From an uncultured Candidatus Saccharibacteria bacterium (GTDB lineage: Bacteria > Patescibacteriota > Doudnabacteria > UBA920), in NCBI GenBank assembly GCA_964631145.1, contig CAZVXT010000001.1, forward strand, positions 553,797 through 617,796: a DNA stretch of 64,000 bases, in the 5' to 3' direction. Of this stretch, positions 21,204 through 31,707 are shown one piece after another. A program made the translations under genes and the position numbers. Below the pieces are notes generated by a model. The model was not told the origin of the DNA, did not search any database, and saw nothing but the letters and a program-made list of their open reading frames with translations. Position 1 is the stretch's first letter, and each line of letters begins with the position of its first letter.

Positions 21204-22324
21204 AAAGAGTTAAGAATAATCTCCATTAATTTATTTTGAAAATTTTGCTTACTAAATTTTTTTGCATGACCAACCATTACTTCTTTCTTATATTTTTTTA
21301 TATCGAAGTTTAATAACACGTCGCTAAAATGATTATTATTAAAATTGTCCAACAACTCTCCTGTCTGCCCCGATATTACCGTTTCCAAACTACCAGCTTT
21401 TGCTAAGGCGATAGTGGGAGTACCACATGCAGCCGCTTCTAAAGGCATTATTCCAAAATCTTCTATTTGCGGAAAAATAAATGCTTTTGCATTTTGGTAT
21501 TCTGTTTTCAATTCTTCATCAGAAACCCTACCAAGAAATTTAATGGTTGGTCCAGCTATAGATTTTAGATATTCTCCTGCCCTACCAGTGCCCGCAACAT
21601 GCAAGTTTAAACCTAACTTATTACAAACTTTGATTACTAAATCGTGTTCTTTGTATGGCGCCAATCTTCCAGCAATCAAAAAATAATCACGGGAAGGTTG
21701 CTGAGCTGGAACAAAAAAATCTGCATCTACAAATGGATACACTACTTCTGCATTCCTACCATAAAAAGTCTTTATTCTATTTCTAACTTCTATAGAATTA
21801 GCAACAAAAGCATTAACTTTAGCAGCCACCATTAAATCCCATTTTTTTAGCCACCAAAAATAAAATCTTGCTAATGGCTTTGTAATGCTTGGTAATTCAT
21901 TTAAAGCATAATCTTCATCAGTCCATAAAAATCTTGTTGGTGTGTGGCAATAATTAACATGAACAGCTTGACCTTTATTTAAGCCTTTAATATAAGCAGA
22001 ACTCGAGCTAATAATTAGGTCGTAATTGGATAATGAATCGAGTTTTAAAGCTACAGGTATTAAAGGAAATAAAAATTGAAACCGAGGAAACAATTTATAC
22101 AGAGTTTGCAAAATACTATAAATAAAAGTTTTTGGTTTTACTTTTAGAGAATCAATAACCTTTTGCTCACCGGCTAAAGTATAAACCGGGCTATCTGGAA
22201 ATAGTTCTATGATTGCTTCAAAAACACGCTCAGCTCCTCCATACTGGGTAAATGAGTCATGTGCTAGTAAAACTTTTTTTGATAGTAACTCTTGTTTAGT
22301 AATCATCTTGTGGTTTTGTGCCAA
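21200..22324 (-). CDS. GT4 glycosyltransferase
   Basis: GGAERV, YCHTPTRFLW, EDFGIMPLEA; real start may be 22306. Confidence 0.92.
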   Translation of the reverse strand: MAQNHKMITKQELLSKKVLLAHDSFTQYGGAERVFEAIIELFPDSPVYTLAGEQKVIDSLKVKPKTFIYSILQTLYKLFPRFQFLFPLIPVALKLDSLSNYDLIISSSSAYIKGLNKGQAVHVNYCHTPTRFLWTDEDYALNELPSITKPLARFYFWWLKKWDLMVAAKVNAFVANSIEVRNRIKTFYGRNAEVVYPFVDADFFVPAQQPSRDYFLIAGRLAPYKEHDLVIKVCNKLGLNLHVAGTGRAGEYLKSIAGPTIKFLGRVSDEELKTEYQNAKAFIFPQIEDFGIMPLEAAACGTPTIALAKAGSLETVISGQTGELLDNFNNNHFSDVLLNFDIKKYKKEVMVGHAKKFSKQNFQNKLMEIILNSL

Positions 22325-23738
22325 AGAATAATTGATAAAATGTTTTCACTAAAATTTTTACATCCCACCACAAGTTCCAATGTTCGATGTATAAAGTATT
22401 AAGTTTAATTTCTTCTTCAAATGGTAAATCAGGCCAAGACATTTGAGCTAATTGAGAAACTCCAAATATACCTGGCTTAATGCTAAACATTCTACGGTAA
22501 CGGTTTCGATAACGCTCCACCTCATCAATCACATGGGCGCGTGGACCAACCATACTCATATCCCCCTTCAACACATTCCAAAATTGAGGCAATTCATCCA
22601 ATTTAGATTTGCGCAAAAATCTCCCAACTCTTGTAACTCGAGGATCTTGCTTAATCTTTAAAAATGGACCTTCTGCTCCGCCACGATCATTATTTTCCCA
22701 AAGCTTAATTCGCACCGCCTCTGCATCATTACCACCATACTCATCACCCACACTAAGATGCGTATACATACTACGGAATTTATAAAAACGGAAGTCCTTA
22801 CCTCTTCCACCTCGAGGAGCTGCATATATAACCTTACCAGGGCTATCAAGCTTTATTGCAATGTAAATTGCAAGAAATATTGGGGATGTCAAAACTAAAC
22901 ATGCCCCGCTAGCTAGGATATCAAACAATCTTTTTACCACTTTTCCCCAGCCATCAAGCGGGGTATTTTTTAAGCTAATAACTGATGTTCCTCCTAACTC
23001 TATATATTCGACGCTATTTTTTTGAACATTATAAAAATTTGGAACAAAGCTAAAACCCAATCCTTTATTTCTAGCAAACTCAACCAAGTTGCTACTTTGT
23101 GCATCTGATAAAGAAGGATTAGTCTGCAAGACTTCATCAAAACCTTTCTCGTAATATAAAGCTTCTAATTTTTCTAAAACTTGGTCGCCATAATCCAATT
23201 CTGCAACGACCTTATATCCAAAAGTTTTGTCTCGAAGTCTATTTAAAATATGTTTTGATTGCTCATTAATACCGTTAACGATTATCAATCGGTGTAATCC
23301 ATAACCTCGCTTAAAAAACCACTGCTGGATTAATTTCAAAATTAACCTACCTATCCAAACAAAAACTATTGCAAACAACCAAGTTCCTAAAATAATAAAT
23401 CTAGACGGAAAAATTGTATGATCAAAGAAAAATAAAATAATTACAAACAACAGCCCTAAAGAACTACCCAAACTTATTCTTGAAATTTCAAAAATAAAAC
23501 CACGAGTTCCTTTTAAATTATATAAACCTAATAATGCATACCCTAAAATTAAAACCGGAATAATCATCAACAACACTTTTATAAATTGAAGCAAAGGTAA
23601 AGTATAAGCTACTGGACCAACTAATTGCGATTGCTGTAAATGTATTCTTAAATAAAAGGCAGCGATTCCAGCTAAAAACAAAAAAAAGACATCAGCTGGG
23701 ACAGATAATAAATTAAATACAAGTTCTGATTTCTTCAT
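22296..23738 (-). CDS. priming undecaprenyl-phosphate sugar-1-phosphate transferase (WcaJ/WbaP family)
   Basis: N-terminal TMs; KRLFD, KFRSM, DPRVTRVGRFLRKSKLDELPQFWNVLKGDMSMVGPR. Confidence 0.93.
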   Translation of the reverse strand: MKKSELVFNLLSVPADVFFLFLAGIAAFYLRIHLQQSQLVGPVAYTLPLLQFIKVLLMIIPVLILGYALLGLYNLKGTRGFIFEISRISLGSSLGLLFVIILFFFDHTIFPSRFIILGTWLFAIVFVWIGRLILKLIQQWFFKRGYGLHRLIIVNGINEQSKHILNRLRDKTFGYKVVAELDYGDQVLEKLEALYYEKGFDEVLQTNPSLSDAQSSNLVEFARNKGLGFSFVPNFYNVQKNSVEYIELGGTSVISLKNTPLDGWGKVVKRLFDILASGACLVLTSPIFLAIYIAIKLDSPGKVIYAAPRGGRGKDFRFYKFRSMYTHLSVGDEYGGNDAEAVRIKLWENNDRGGAEGPFLKIKQDPRVTRVGRFLRKSKLDELPQFWNVLKGDMSMVGPRAHVIDEVERYRNRYRRMFSIKPGIFGVSQLAQMSWPDLPFEEEIKLNTLYIEHWNLWWDVKILVKTFYQLFFGTKPQDDY

Positions 23739-23783
23739 ACTTTTATTATAGCAGTTTAAATAATTAAGAAAAAACTTAACTAT

Positions 23784-23812
23784 TTGACAAAATGTAATAA
23801 TTTCTTTATAAT
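23784..23812 (+). promoter_or_regulatory. sigma70 promoter of rnpB
   Basis: TTGACA-N17-TATAAT immediately upstream of the RNA. Confidence 0.85.
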
Positions 23813-23819
23813 TTGAAGG

Positions 23820-24213
23820 CTTTAAGCAAGTCGAGCGATTACTTCCTATTTTAGGTCATGCGCGGTAAATCCACGAATATATTTAATACTAATTACTGCT
23901 CATAATCTAAAATAGGAAGAGGAAAGTCCGAACACTTAGTTTGAAAGATTCATATGAGCTTTTAAACAATGGTAACGGGTAACACCCGTCGAGGGCAACC
24001 TTAGAGATGCGAGCAGAGACGCTGTCTTCAGCAATGAAGCAGCTTCCCAAATTTATTTGGGAAGAGCCGCTATGGCAACACAGCGGGTGAAACGGCTAAA
24101 TTCTTATCAAAGTGCAATGCCAAATTTGGTAGGCAGCACGAGATTATTGGCAACAATAATCCTAGATAGATTATCGCTTAGAAACAAAATTCGGCTTACG
24201 AGCTTGCTTAGAG
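23820..24213 (+). ncRNA. rnpB: RNase P RNA
   Basis: GAGGAAAGTCCG (CR-I), GGGTGAAACGG, AGTGCAA, TAGATAGATTATCGC, ACAAAATTCGGCTTA (CR-V); P1 TAAGCAAG/CTTGCTTA; terminator ~24220-24267. Confidence 0.93.
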
Positions 24214-24294
24214 CTAAAATAAAAACACACGAAATTTTAACATGAGTTATTTTTTTCGCGTGTTTTTAATTTACAAAATTGTTTAGGAGGAAAA

Positions 24295-24513
24295 ATGTTT
24301 GCAAAAGATTTTTATAAAACACAAACCAAGTCATCTAAAAGTTTAATTGGAAGAGAGATCTCAGTCATCCTTTCTAATACCATTGCCAGTAGTTGTGTTA
24401 TCAATGAAAAGCTACAAAACGAATTAGGAAGACAAATTAACACAATCCCCGACTCTTGTTCAGAAACAGAGAAAATGATTTATATCAATTCGGTATTAGC
24501 GTTGTTTAAATAA
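24295..24513 (+). CDS. small hypothetical protein
   Basis: AGGAGG SD, 72 aa. Confidence 0.55.
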   Translation: MFAKDFYKTQTKSSKSLIGREISVILSNTIASSCVINEKLQNELGRQINTIPDSCSETEKMIYINSVLALFK

Positions 24514-24527
24514 GGAGAGAATACAAC

Positions 24528-24783
24528 ATGACAGAAGAGCTTGAGATAACAAAAATAATAGCAAGTAATAACCATTACAAACATTTTCATGCGAAAGATA
24601 GTTCTTATACACTAAAAGATCGAGTAGATGACTTCATAGAAGAAGCAAAAAAAGGTTATAAAATAATTATTACTTCGCACGCTTTTTTTTGCTGATAAAT
24701 GCACATACCATACGGAGTATCACTTAAGCATATTCTACGATAAGATCCCCATTACAAACGGAGGAAGAAGGTTCGTTCAGTAA
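24528..24783 (+). pseudogene. small hypothetical gene, possibly frameshifted in a T8 run
   Basis: AAGGAG SD; frame stops at 24695 just after the T8 run; removing one T extends it to TAA at 24783. Confidence 0.4.
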
Positions 24784-24860
24784 TCAAGTTAATTGTGCGT
24801 TCTTTTGGACAGCTAAAGTTTATAAATAAAAGATAAAGCGGTTGAAAATCAACCGCTTTT

Positions 24861-25550
24861 TTATTTGCCAAATCTTCGCTGCCTTAAACTTAATTCGTTT
24901 AATGCTAAATTAAATTCATTTTTAGTAAATTCTGGCCATAATTTTTCTGTAAAATAAAATTGACTATTAGCTGTTAGCCACATCATAAACCCAGCAGACC
25001 AATGCGGTTGCCCACCTGTACGGATGACCAAATCTACATCAGGTAGATCCCCTGTCCACAATACTTTACGCAAATCAACATTTTCTATATTACGTTTTTG
25101 CTTAAGCGCATTAATTGCAGACAGCATCTCCCTTTGACCGTCATAAACAAATAGTATAGTTAAAATGTATTTAGAAAATTTTTCGGTTTGAGAAATTATA
25201 TTTTCTATAGATTGAATGACATTTTTATCTTTAATAAAATCTCTCCACTCACCTACTAAATTAAATTTAACTTTACGCTCAATAAAACTTTTTAACAACT
25301 TAGGATTTTCTAATTCATTTGCCAAAAGCTTTAACAAAAACTCCACTTCAATTTTAGAACGTTTTTTTAAATTATCATATGAAGCTGCCCAAAAAGTAAT
25401 ATGGCTAACTTTATTATCAAATGCAGCATAAGCAATTTCCCAAAATCTCTTCACACCTTCTTCGTGACCTTGCCATGGCAAAAAATGCTGGACTTTTGCC
25501 CAGCGTCTATTGCCATCAGGAATTATTGCTATATGCTTTGAATTATCCAT
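24861..25550 (-). CDS. uppS: undecaprenyl diphosphate synthase
   Basis: HIAIIPDGNRRWA, DLVIRTGG, RRFGK. Confidence 0.92.
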   Translation of the reverse strand: MDNSKHIAIIPDGNRRWAKVQHFLPWQGHEEGVKRFWEIAYAAFDNKVSHITFWAASYDNLKKRSKIEVEFLLKLLANELENPKLLKSFIERKVKFNLVGEWRDFIKDKNVIQSIENIISQTEKFSKYILTILFVYDGQREMLSAINALKQKRNIENVDLRKVLWTGDLPDVDLVIRTGGQPHWSAGFMMWLTANSQFYFTEKLWPEFTKNEFNLALNELSLRQRRFGK

Positions 25551-25974
25551 TATTTTTGTTTCTCTCAGAACTTATATCTACTTGTCTTTCTAAACGGTTT
25601 AAAATCTGTTTAATTTCTTTTAATGAAGCAAATTCTTGCTCAATTTCATCCTCAGTTTTTTCTGCTAAAACTTTTTCTTTTCTTAATCCTGAAATTAAAA
25701 TTTCATTACCTATAAAACTAGAAACAAAGACGCCAGAAAAAAGCAATATCACAAAACCAATAATAAAAGACAATGGACCGTCCCACCATAAAATATCGCT
25801 TAAGTTGATTAGAGATTCGCTTTGCACATAAATCGTAACTAGTGCATCAGCAGTATGCCAAATTCCCCGCCAAATCAAAACCACGCCAATACTAACAATA
25901 ATTCCGTATAGAAATGGATGATGACTTAAATAATAACGTATCGGATTTTCTATTTTTTCAAAAATCTTACTCAT
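25543..25974 (-). CDS. hypothetical membrane protein
   Basis: Two TM segments (GVVLIWRGIWH) and a coiled-coil tail; overlaps the uppS start. Confidence 0.75.
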   Translation of the reverse strand: MSKIFEKIENPIRYYLSHHPFLYGIIVSIGVVLIWRGIWHTADALVTIYVQSESLINLSDILWWDGPLSFIIGFVILLFSGVFVSSFIGNEILISGLRKEKVLAEKTEDEIEQEFASLKEIKQILNRLERQVDISSERNKNNG

Positions 25975-25978
25975 CTAA

Positions 25979-26473
25979 TTACTCCCAAACCTCGTCTGCA
26001 CTTGGACCATAAATTGAAGGAACCTTTCCGCCCGCAGCGCGCAAATAAGCAGCTAGTTGTCCACGATGATGAATGGTGTCAAAAAGCATACCAAGAAGAG
26101 CAGAAGATCTTGTTCCTTCATCCCCATAAAAATTAAAAGGCTTTTCTAATTCTGATTCATCTATATTGTTAAGAGCTGATAAAAATTTTTCGTTTATTTC
26201 GTCCAATATTTTTGCTCCGCCAATACCATCCTCAAAAGGTTCTACTTTTGCATAAACGTCTTTCCACTCTTCCATTTCAAGTGCCTTATCTCTACTCAAA
26301 AATAATTCTAAAGTACCGAGTTCTCCAATAATCGCAAGTGCTAAATCTTTGGCGTTTCTAGATTTTTCATCTGGCTTATAAGACATTCCTGATGCAGGTA
26401 TATTGGCAATTACTCTAGAAAAAGTTGCTAATTCTTTAGTAAAATACTTAATTAGTTCTTGTTTTGTTAACAT
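25979..26473 (-). CDS. DinB family protein
   Basis: YKPDEKSR, HHRGQLAAYLR...VPSIYGPSAD. Confidence 0.9.
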   Translation of the reverse strand: MLTKQELIKYFTKELATFSRVIANIPASGMSYKPDEKSRNAKDLALAIIGELGTLELFLSRDKALEMEEWKDVYAKVEPFEDGIGGAKILDEINEKFLSALNNIDESELEKPFNFYGDEGTRSSALLGMLFDTIHHRGQLAAYLRAAGGKVPSIYGPSADEVWE

Positions 26474-26535
26474 AATCTATAAATTAATTATAGATACATT
26501 TTATCATTTTCCTACATTTGGGTAAAATTATTATA

Positions 26536-27306
26536 ATGAATCAAATATTGCTAATTAATAAACCTGTCGCAAAAACACCTCTAGAAGTTATTCATTTTGT
26601 TAAAGAAAAAATTAAAAAGTTTAAAAATGAAAAATTTACTTATGCTGGCAGATTAGACCCTATGGCAGAAGGTTTGCTTTTACTTTTATATGGACAAAAT
26701 TTGCACAATAAAAATAACTTTCTAAATCTTAATAAGGAATACCAAGCTCAAATCGTATTAGGAATCAACACAGATAGCTACGATGCACTTGGTCTACCAA
26801 CACTGATTAGTAAACAATGCTATGATACAGATCAAATTAAAAATAGTTTATTAAATTATATAGGAAACATTTCTTTACAACTCCCCCCTTACAGCTCAAA
26901 GCCTGTTAATGGCAAACCTTTATTCTGGTGGGCACAAAATAATAAACTAAACGATATTGAAATACCAATAGCCACCACTCAAATTTTTGATATAAAAGAT
27001 ATAAAATTTGAAGTCTTACCATTTTATATTGTTAAAGATTATATAATAAAAACTGCTTCCCAAGTAAATGGCGATTTCAGACAAACCCAAATTATTGATC
27101 ATTGGCAAAATTTTAACTTACCATCAGAACAAAAGCTACAAATTATAAACTTCACAATCTCTTGCAGTAGCGGTACTTATATTAGAAGCATTGCAAACAA
27201 AGTCGGCATAGAACTTGATAGCGGAGCATTTTTATTAAAATTAAAACGAACCAAAATTGGTCCGTATAATTTAGAGCAAGCTATAGATATAAACTTACTG
27301 AGTTAA
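26536..27306 (+). CDS. truB: tRNA pseudouridine(55) synthase TruB-like
   Basis: NKP, YAGRLDPMAEGLL, PPYSS, CSSGTYIRS. Confidence 0.85.
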   Translation: MNQILLINKPVAKTPLEVIHFVKEKIKKFKNEKFTYAGRLDPMAEGLLLLLYGQNLHNKNNFLNLNKEYQAQIVLGINTDSYDALGLPTLISKQCYDTDQIKNSLLNYIGNISLQLPPYSSKPVNGKPLFWWAQNNKLNDIEIPIATTQIFDIKDIKFEVLPFYIVKDYIIKTASQVNGDFRQTQIIDHWQNFNLPSEQKLQIINFTISCSSGTYIRSIANKVGIELDSGAFLLKLKRTKIGPYNLEQAIDINLLS

Positions 27307-27669
27307 CTGCAACACATCTTGCGGTTTAATTTGTTCAATCTGCTGTGGAGATACCCCTGCACCAGAAAGAAGTGCTTTAAATAATAAATAAGTTCCCAGC
27401 ATCGATATGGTAGTAAAAATTATGCAATATAAAGCAACTCGTTTTGCATCGTCTTCAGATTTAAAATACAACCAAACTGCTATTAAATACCCCAATGGTG
27501 GAGCAAATAAAGACAGCATATAACTCCATCGTTTAATTCCGGAGCTTAAACTGTTACTATTTGCATTTGCCAAAGCATTTTCCATTAAAGCAGCTACATT
27601 GATATTTTTATCTTCTTTTATAAGCTCCTGATATTCACCTACTAAATTAGATAGTTTTTTCTCATCCAT
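27295..27669 (-). CDS. hypothetical membrane protein
   Basis: Two hydrophobic segments. Confidence 0.65.
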   Translation of the reverse strand: MDEKKLSNLVGEYQELIKEDKNINVAALMENALANANSNSLSSGIKRWSYMLSLFAPPLGYLIAVWLYFKSEDDAKRVALYCIIFTTISMLGTYLLFKALLSGAGVSPQQIEQIKPQDVLQLTQ

Positions 27670-27673
27670 AGTT

Positions 27674-28213
27674 TTATTTTTTAATTGCTACTGTTGTTTC
27701 TTCAAATTTTTCTATAACTTCCCAAGTTGGAGAATTATTTAGCTCCTCGAAGAACTGATCACTAGTGCGGCTTGTTAAATGATTATTGCCACAAAATAAT
27801 ATACCACCATGCTTTAACAACCTTTGATAATGTGGTAAAAATTCATAGTGAATTTGAAATCCATCAAAAAAAATAAAATCAAAACTATCTTCCGGTAAGT
27901 CGCCCAACACTTCTTCTGCAACTTCGAATAAAATTGTATAGTTGCTATTTTCTGTATACTTTGAAATAAATTTCTGAGAAGACTTCCAATGCTCTTCATT
28001 TTTCTCTATAGAAATTATTTCTGCTTCAGGGCAAGTCTGTAATAGCAAAGTCGTAATAAAACCTGTACCTGTACCTATTTCTAGAATATTCTGAGGCTTG
28101 TATTTCCGGCAATAATTAACGAGCTTATTATATGATTGATAAGGATGGGCGCTGCAATTATGCTCTGCAACATGTGCCCTAGCTTGTACGAATAAATCTT
28201 CAAAATTGATCAT
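27674..28213 (-). CDS. class I SAM-dependent O-methyltransferase-like protein
   Basis: ILEIGTGTG, FDFIFFDG, LKHGGIL; start placed at MINFED. Confidence 0.85.
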   Translation of the reverse strand: MINFEDLFVQARAHVAEHNCSAHPYQSYNKLVNYCRKYKPQNILEIGTGTGFITTLLLQTCPEAEIISIEKNEEHWKSSQKFISKYTENSNYTILFEVAEEVLGDLPEDSFDFIFFDGFQIHYEFLPHYQRLLKHGGILFCGNNHLTSRTSDQFFEELNNSPTWEVIEKFEETTVAIKK

Positions 28214-28317
28214 ATAATATATTTTTACATTTTTTTGAACCAATAACAATTAACCATTGATTTATTTAAGACATTTAATTATAATACCCAAACTAAAACA
28301 ATATTTTCGGAGGAAAA

Positions 28318-28899
28318 ATGAAACAAAAAGAGTACAAATTTTGTCCTTTATGTGGAAAGAACTTGCAAAACATTCTTTGCGAAAACGAATTTTATTTAGG
28401 ATGCATAGATATAATGGAGTGTGGATTTATACACTGGGATCAACCAAAATTAGTGGTAGCTGTTTTAATACCAATTTTTTCAGATAACGTGAATATAAAC
28501 ATCCCTAACCAAAATATGGTTAAGCATAATGGCATTGTTTTGATAAAAAGAAAGATACCGCCATTTCCTGGAAAATGGTGCTTACCAAGAGGTTTTGTAA
28601 AAAGGCATAGTCATCCAAAGGCAGAAGGTTCGCGAGAAGCATTAGAAGAAACTGGTTTAATCACCAGAGTAGAAAAGATTGCCGCCGTGTGCAACCCAAT
28701 GCCGGGTGAAATTAACAACATGACCATCACTTTTATTTCAAGAATTGTTGGTGGAAAACTGCAAGCTGGTGACGACGCAGCAGAAGTAGGAATTTTCGCA
28801 GATAATAATTTACCAGAGTTATGTTTTAGATCTGACAAGCAAATTATAAAAGACTGGTTTGGTGGCAGATATGGAACACTTACAGGTGAAGATTTATAA
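28318..28899 (+). CDS. NUDIX hydrolase with N-terminal zinc ribbon (solo unit)
   Basis: FCPLCG, W.LP.GF...REALEETGL, AGDDA; own promoter at 28257, GGAGG SD and terminator. Confidence 0.88.
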   Translation: MKQKEYKFCPLCGKNLQNILCENEFYLGCIDIMECGFIHWDQPKLVVAVLIPIFSDNVNINIPNQNMVKHNGIVLIKRKIPPFPGKWCLPRGFVKRHSHPKAEGSREALEETGLITRVEKIAAVCNPMPGEINNMTITFISRIVGGKLQAGDDAAEVGIFADNNLPELCFRSDKQIIKDWFGGRYGTLTGEDL

Positions 28900-28939
28900 A
28901 TTAAAATAGACCAATAAGGTCTATTTATTTTTTTACAAA

Positions 28940-29344
28940 TTATTTACTAGCTGGCAAACTTTCGCATGCCTCGCCATCTTTATCACCATCTAACCTATTA
29001 GTATCTTTACTTACACCGCCTGCATTGGTAAAGAATTTTTGAGCTTCTACTTTAGTAGTAAAATCGTCACAATTATACTCGTCTGTTGGTTTGCCCTTAG
29101 AACTATCAGTAACCACATTACCCTCTTTGTCACGCAAAACTTTTGATTGCGCAACCCCTTGACCAGAAAGCAACTTGCCCAAATCCCAGTCATTATTTGT
29201 TGCCTCTAAACCCAAAGCTCCCAATAAAATTACAATAATAATTCCTACAATCCCTTTAGCAGCCTTGCGGCTCCCGCTCCCAGAAAAATCAGTCGCGCGA
29301 TCTTTAACTTTACCTACAACTTCTTTAATATCGTTTTGATTCAT
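28940..29344 (-). CDS. Excalibur calcium-binding domain protein
   Basis: YNCDDF...AQKFF...LDGDKDGEACESLP. Confidence 0.85.
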   Translation of the reverse strand: MNQNDIKEVVGKVKDRATDFSGSGSRKAAKGIVGIIIVILLGALGLEATNNDWDLGKLLSGQGVAQSKVLRDKEGNVVTDSSKGKPTDEYNCDDFTTKVEAQKFFTNAGGVSKDTNRLDGDKDGEACESLPASK

Positions 29345-29348
29345 AAAT

Positions 29349-29444
29349 TTAGATATAAAAATATAATGCTATAGCAATAACTAAGAGAACAATAATAACC
29401 GCTAAACGGATTTTTTTATTGCCTCGTGCTTGTTGTATATCCAT
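29349..29444 (-). CDS. 31-aa single-TM peptide (not in ORF track)
   Basis: MDIQQARGNKKIRLAVIIVLLVIAIALYFYI*, ending 4 nt before the Excalibur gene. Confidence 0.55.
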   Translation of the reverse strand: MDIQQARGNKKIRLAVIIVLLVIAIALYFYI

Positions 29445-29533
29445 GTATTTTTTTACTTAATTATTTATATTATACCATATTGACAGTATTAGAAAAACTT
29501 TATAATATATTAAGATTAATTCTAGGAGGAAGC

Positions 29534-29725
29534 ATGGACCAATCAACAATAATGCTATTGAACTTTATTTCATGGTTAATTATCTTTACATTTAAATCAG
29601 TAATAATTTATTTGGTTTTAAAAGTTACTATAAAATTAATTACTATCTTCATTGCAAAAATTGCAATGTATAGCGAAGGGTATAAAAACCGAGTAACAAG
29701 ATCAAGGGCAAATAAAATTGAATGA
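29534..29725 (+). CDS. small membrane protein (solo unit)
   Basis: TTGACA at 29480 with TATAAT, AGGAGG SD, terminator ~29731-29756. Confidence 0.6.
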   Translation: MDQSTIMLLNFISWLIIFTFKSVIIYLVLKVTIKLITIFIAKIAMYSEGYKNRVTRSRANKIE

Positions 29726-29773
29726 AAAATAAAATCGGAATTTACTTCCGATTTTTATTTAGTTTATGATTTA

Positions 29774-30374
29774 CTATTTAGCAGAGTAAATAACAACACC
29801 TTTTTCTAAAACTTCTTCAATAAAATTATTATTGCCAAATAAAGGTGTGATATTATCCCCATCCCAAAGTCCAAACAAAAATATAGATTCTCCACAATCC
29901 CAATCACTGCAACCTATCCACTGACTTTTAAATACAGACGACTTAGACCGATCCGCATTCATAGTTAGCGGATATAACATAATGTTTTCACCCGGAGCAA
30001 TGAGACCATTGCATTTAGCACAAATCAGAAAATTATTTTTAATATAATCTACTACATAAGGACCACAAAACGGACTATTTGGATTTGAAGAATACATCTT
30101 TCCTAAAATATAAACATCATACTTTTGGTTATTTTTGTGACCACATTCAAAATCTTTATACCCTGATGCTTCTATAATTTTTATATAAGCATCTGAGCAT
30201 TTTATGAATTTAGTTTCTGCCTGAGATTGACTACTAGTATGATTTTTTACACCATCATTACTTTCAATAATACCGTTCACACTTTTAGATACAGTAATTT
30301 TACTTCTTAAAAATACAACTTATACATTATAATAAGCATGAATAGCATAGAAGCACTCCAATCAAATATAACAT
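29774..30374 (-). pseudogene. Cys-rich hypothetical gene with frame-disrupted 5' end (solo unit)
   Basis: Promoter (TTGACA 30427-32) and AGGAGG precede ATG 30374, which is out of frame with the 168-aa body 29774-30280. Confidence 0.5.
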
Positions 30375-30472
30375 TTAAGTTTCCTCCTAAAATATTTTAA
30401 TAAAGTATATTAAAAATTGAACGTCCTGTCAATGACTCTATGTATAAAAAAACTTATTTTTCTTACGTGTTT

Positions 30473-30895
30473 TTATAACTCTTTTGACAATGATTGCAAA
30501 ACTTTAATAACAGACACAATGTCTGATGTTTTGTGACTACTAAGCAAAGCTGAGCTTAACTCAGTAGCCCTAAGCAATCCTTCTTCTAACAACCTTTTAC
30601 CACCGGAGGCTAATAATACATAACTAGCCCGAGCGTCGCGGCTATCAGATTGCTTTTTTACCATGCCAATTTTCTCCATGGGTAATAATATTCTAGTAAC
30701 CCCAGAAGCAGTTAAGCCTATCTGCTCTGCCAAATCTGTGCGACGCAATTTATTATCTTCCGCTTCAGAAAGCGCAAGCAAAATCATAAATTCAACCATA
30801 CTAAGTCCACCTAAAGAGTTATCAAACTTTCTAGTAAGAATATATTGCAATTTAAATAAGTGAAAAAAGAGTTTTATTCTATCTGATGTGTTCAT
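30473..30895 (-). CDS. MarR family transcriptional regulator
   Basis: LAEQIGLTASGVTR...MEKIG.V...RDAR. Confidence 0.9.
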   Translation of the reverse strand: MNTSDRIKLFFHLFKLQYILTRKFDNSLGGLSMVEFMILLALSEAEDNKLRRTDLAEQIGLTASGVTRILLPMEKIGMVKKQSDSRDARASYVLLASGGKRLLEEGLLRATELSSALLSSHKTSDIVSVIKVLQSLSKEL

Positions 30896-30904
30896 ACTAT
30901 TTGA

Positions 30905-30941
30905 TTAATATTTGATATATCAAGTATATATCAAATATTAA
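30905..30941. promoter_or_regulatory. perfect 16-bp inverted repeat, probable MarR operator
   Basis: TTAATATTTGATATAT-N5-ATATATCAAATATTAA directly upstream of the marR start. Confidence 0.65.
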
Positions 30942-30985
30942 TTAGAGTCAATAGTTCTAACATTATCAATTCGATGGATCAATTC

Positions 30986-31573
30986 TTAAGTTGTGATAGT
31001 TGGATTATTAGAATATCCAGGATGATGAGTTTGCATAACATTCCATATAGACTGGTGATCCCCCGCTTGGATGCCAGAAATAACCTCTTTTAAGACATGC
31101 AAAGAATTATTTTCTCTTTTAAGGTCTTCTGCTTTGTGGTCCGGATTATGTTTTGATGAATAATAATCTATCTCAAAGTCATTTCCAAAAACTATATCAA
31201 AAATATATTTAGTCCTATTCAAGTGGTCATCTGAGGTTACTACAGCAATATTGCGCCAATTATTTGGTAAGCAAAAATCTACCTTACTAAAATATGCATT
31301 ACCTAAAGTGTCTTTAGAGTGATTTTCTTCTAAAATAAAATCTGGATTAATGCCTAATTCTACAGCATATTTCTTCATAGCAAGAGCTTCGGAACAAACA
31401 GGATTTTCTGTAAGTCTATAGGACCACAAACCAGACATTAAAATTTTATTCGCTAATTGTTGCTCAAAAAGTTCAAATCCCTTTCTTACCCTCAAACAAG
31501 AATCGTTAGGCAAACTACCGTCGCTGTTTATACCCCTACCCAAAACTATAATGACATCATATTTATAATTCAT
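30986..31573 (-). CDS. YdcF/DUF218 family protein
   Basis: IIVLG, SG, SEA.AM, E..S.DTLGNA, VVTSDDHL.R. Confidence 0.88.
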   Translation of the reverse strand: MNYKYDVIIVLGRGINSDGSLPNDSCLRVRKGFELFEQQLANKILMSGLWSYRLTENPVCSEALAMKKYAVELGINPDFILEENHSKDTLGNAYFSKVDFCLPNNWRNIAVVTSDDHLNRTKYIFDIVFGNDFEIDYYSSKHNPDHKAEDLKRENNSLHVLKEVISGIQAGDHQSIWNVMQTHHPGYSNNPTITT

Positions 31574-31707
31574 ATCATAATTATATCAATATTATTCAAG
31601 CCTGCTAATAATTTGTTATTATGCCACCGCTTTGACATTTTGGCAAAAATAAAGTAAACTTCATAAAGTATGATTTATTGAATAAAACTTGACGGAGGAA
31701 GTATTGC

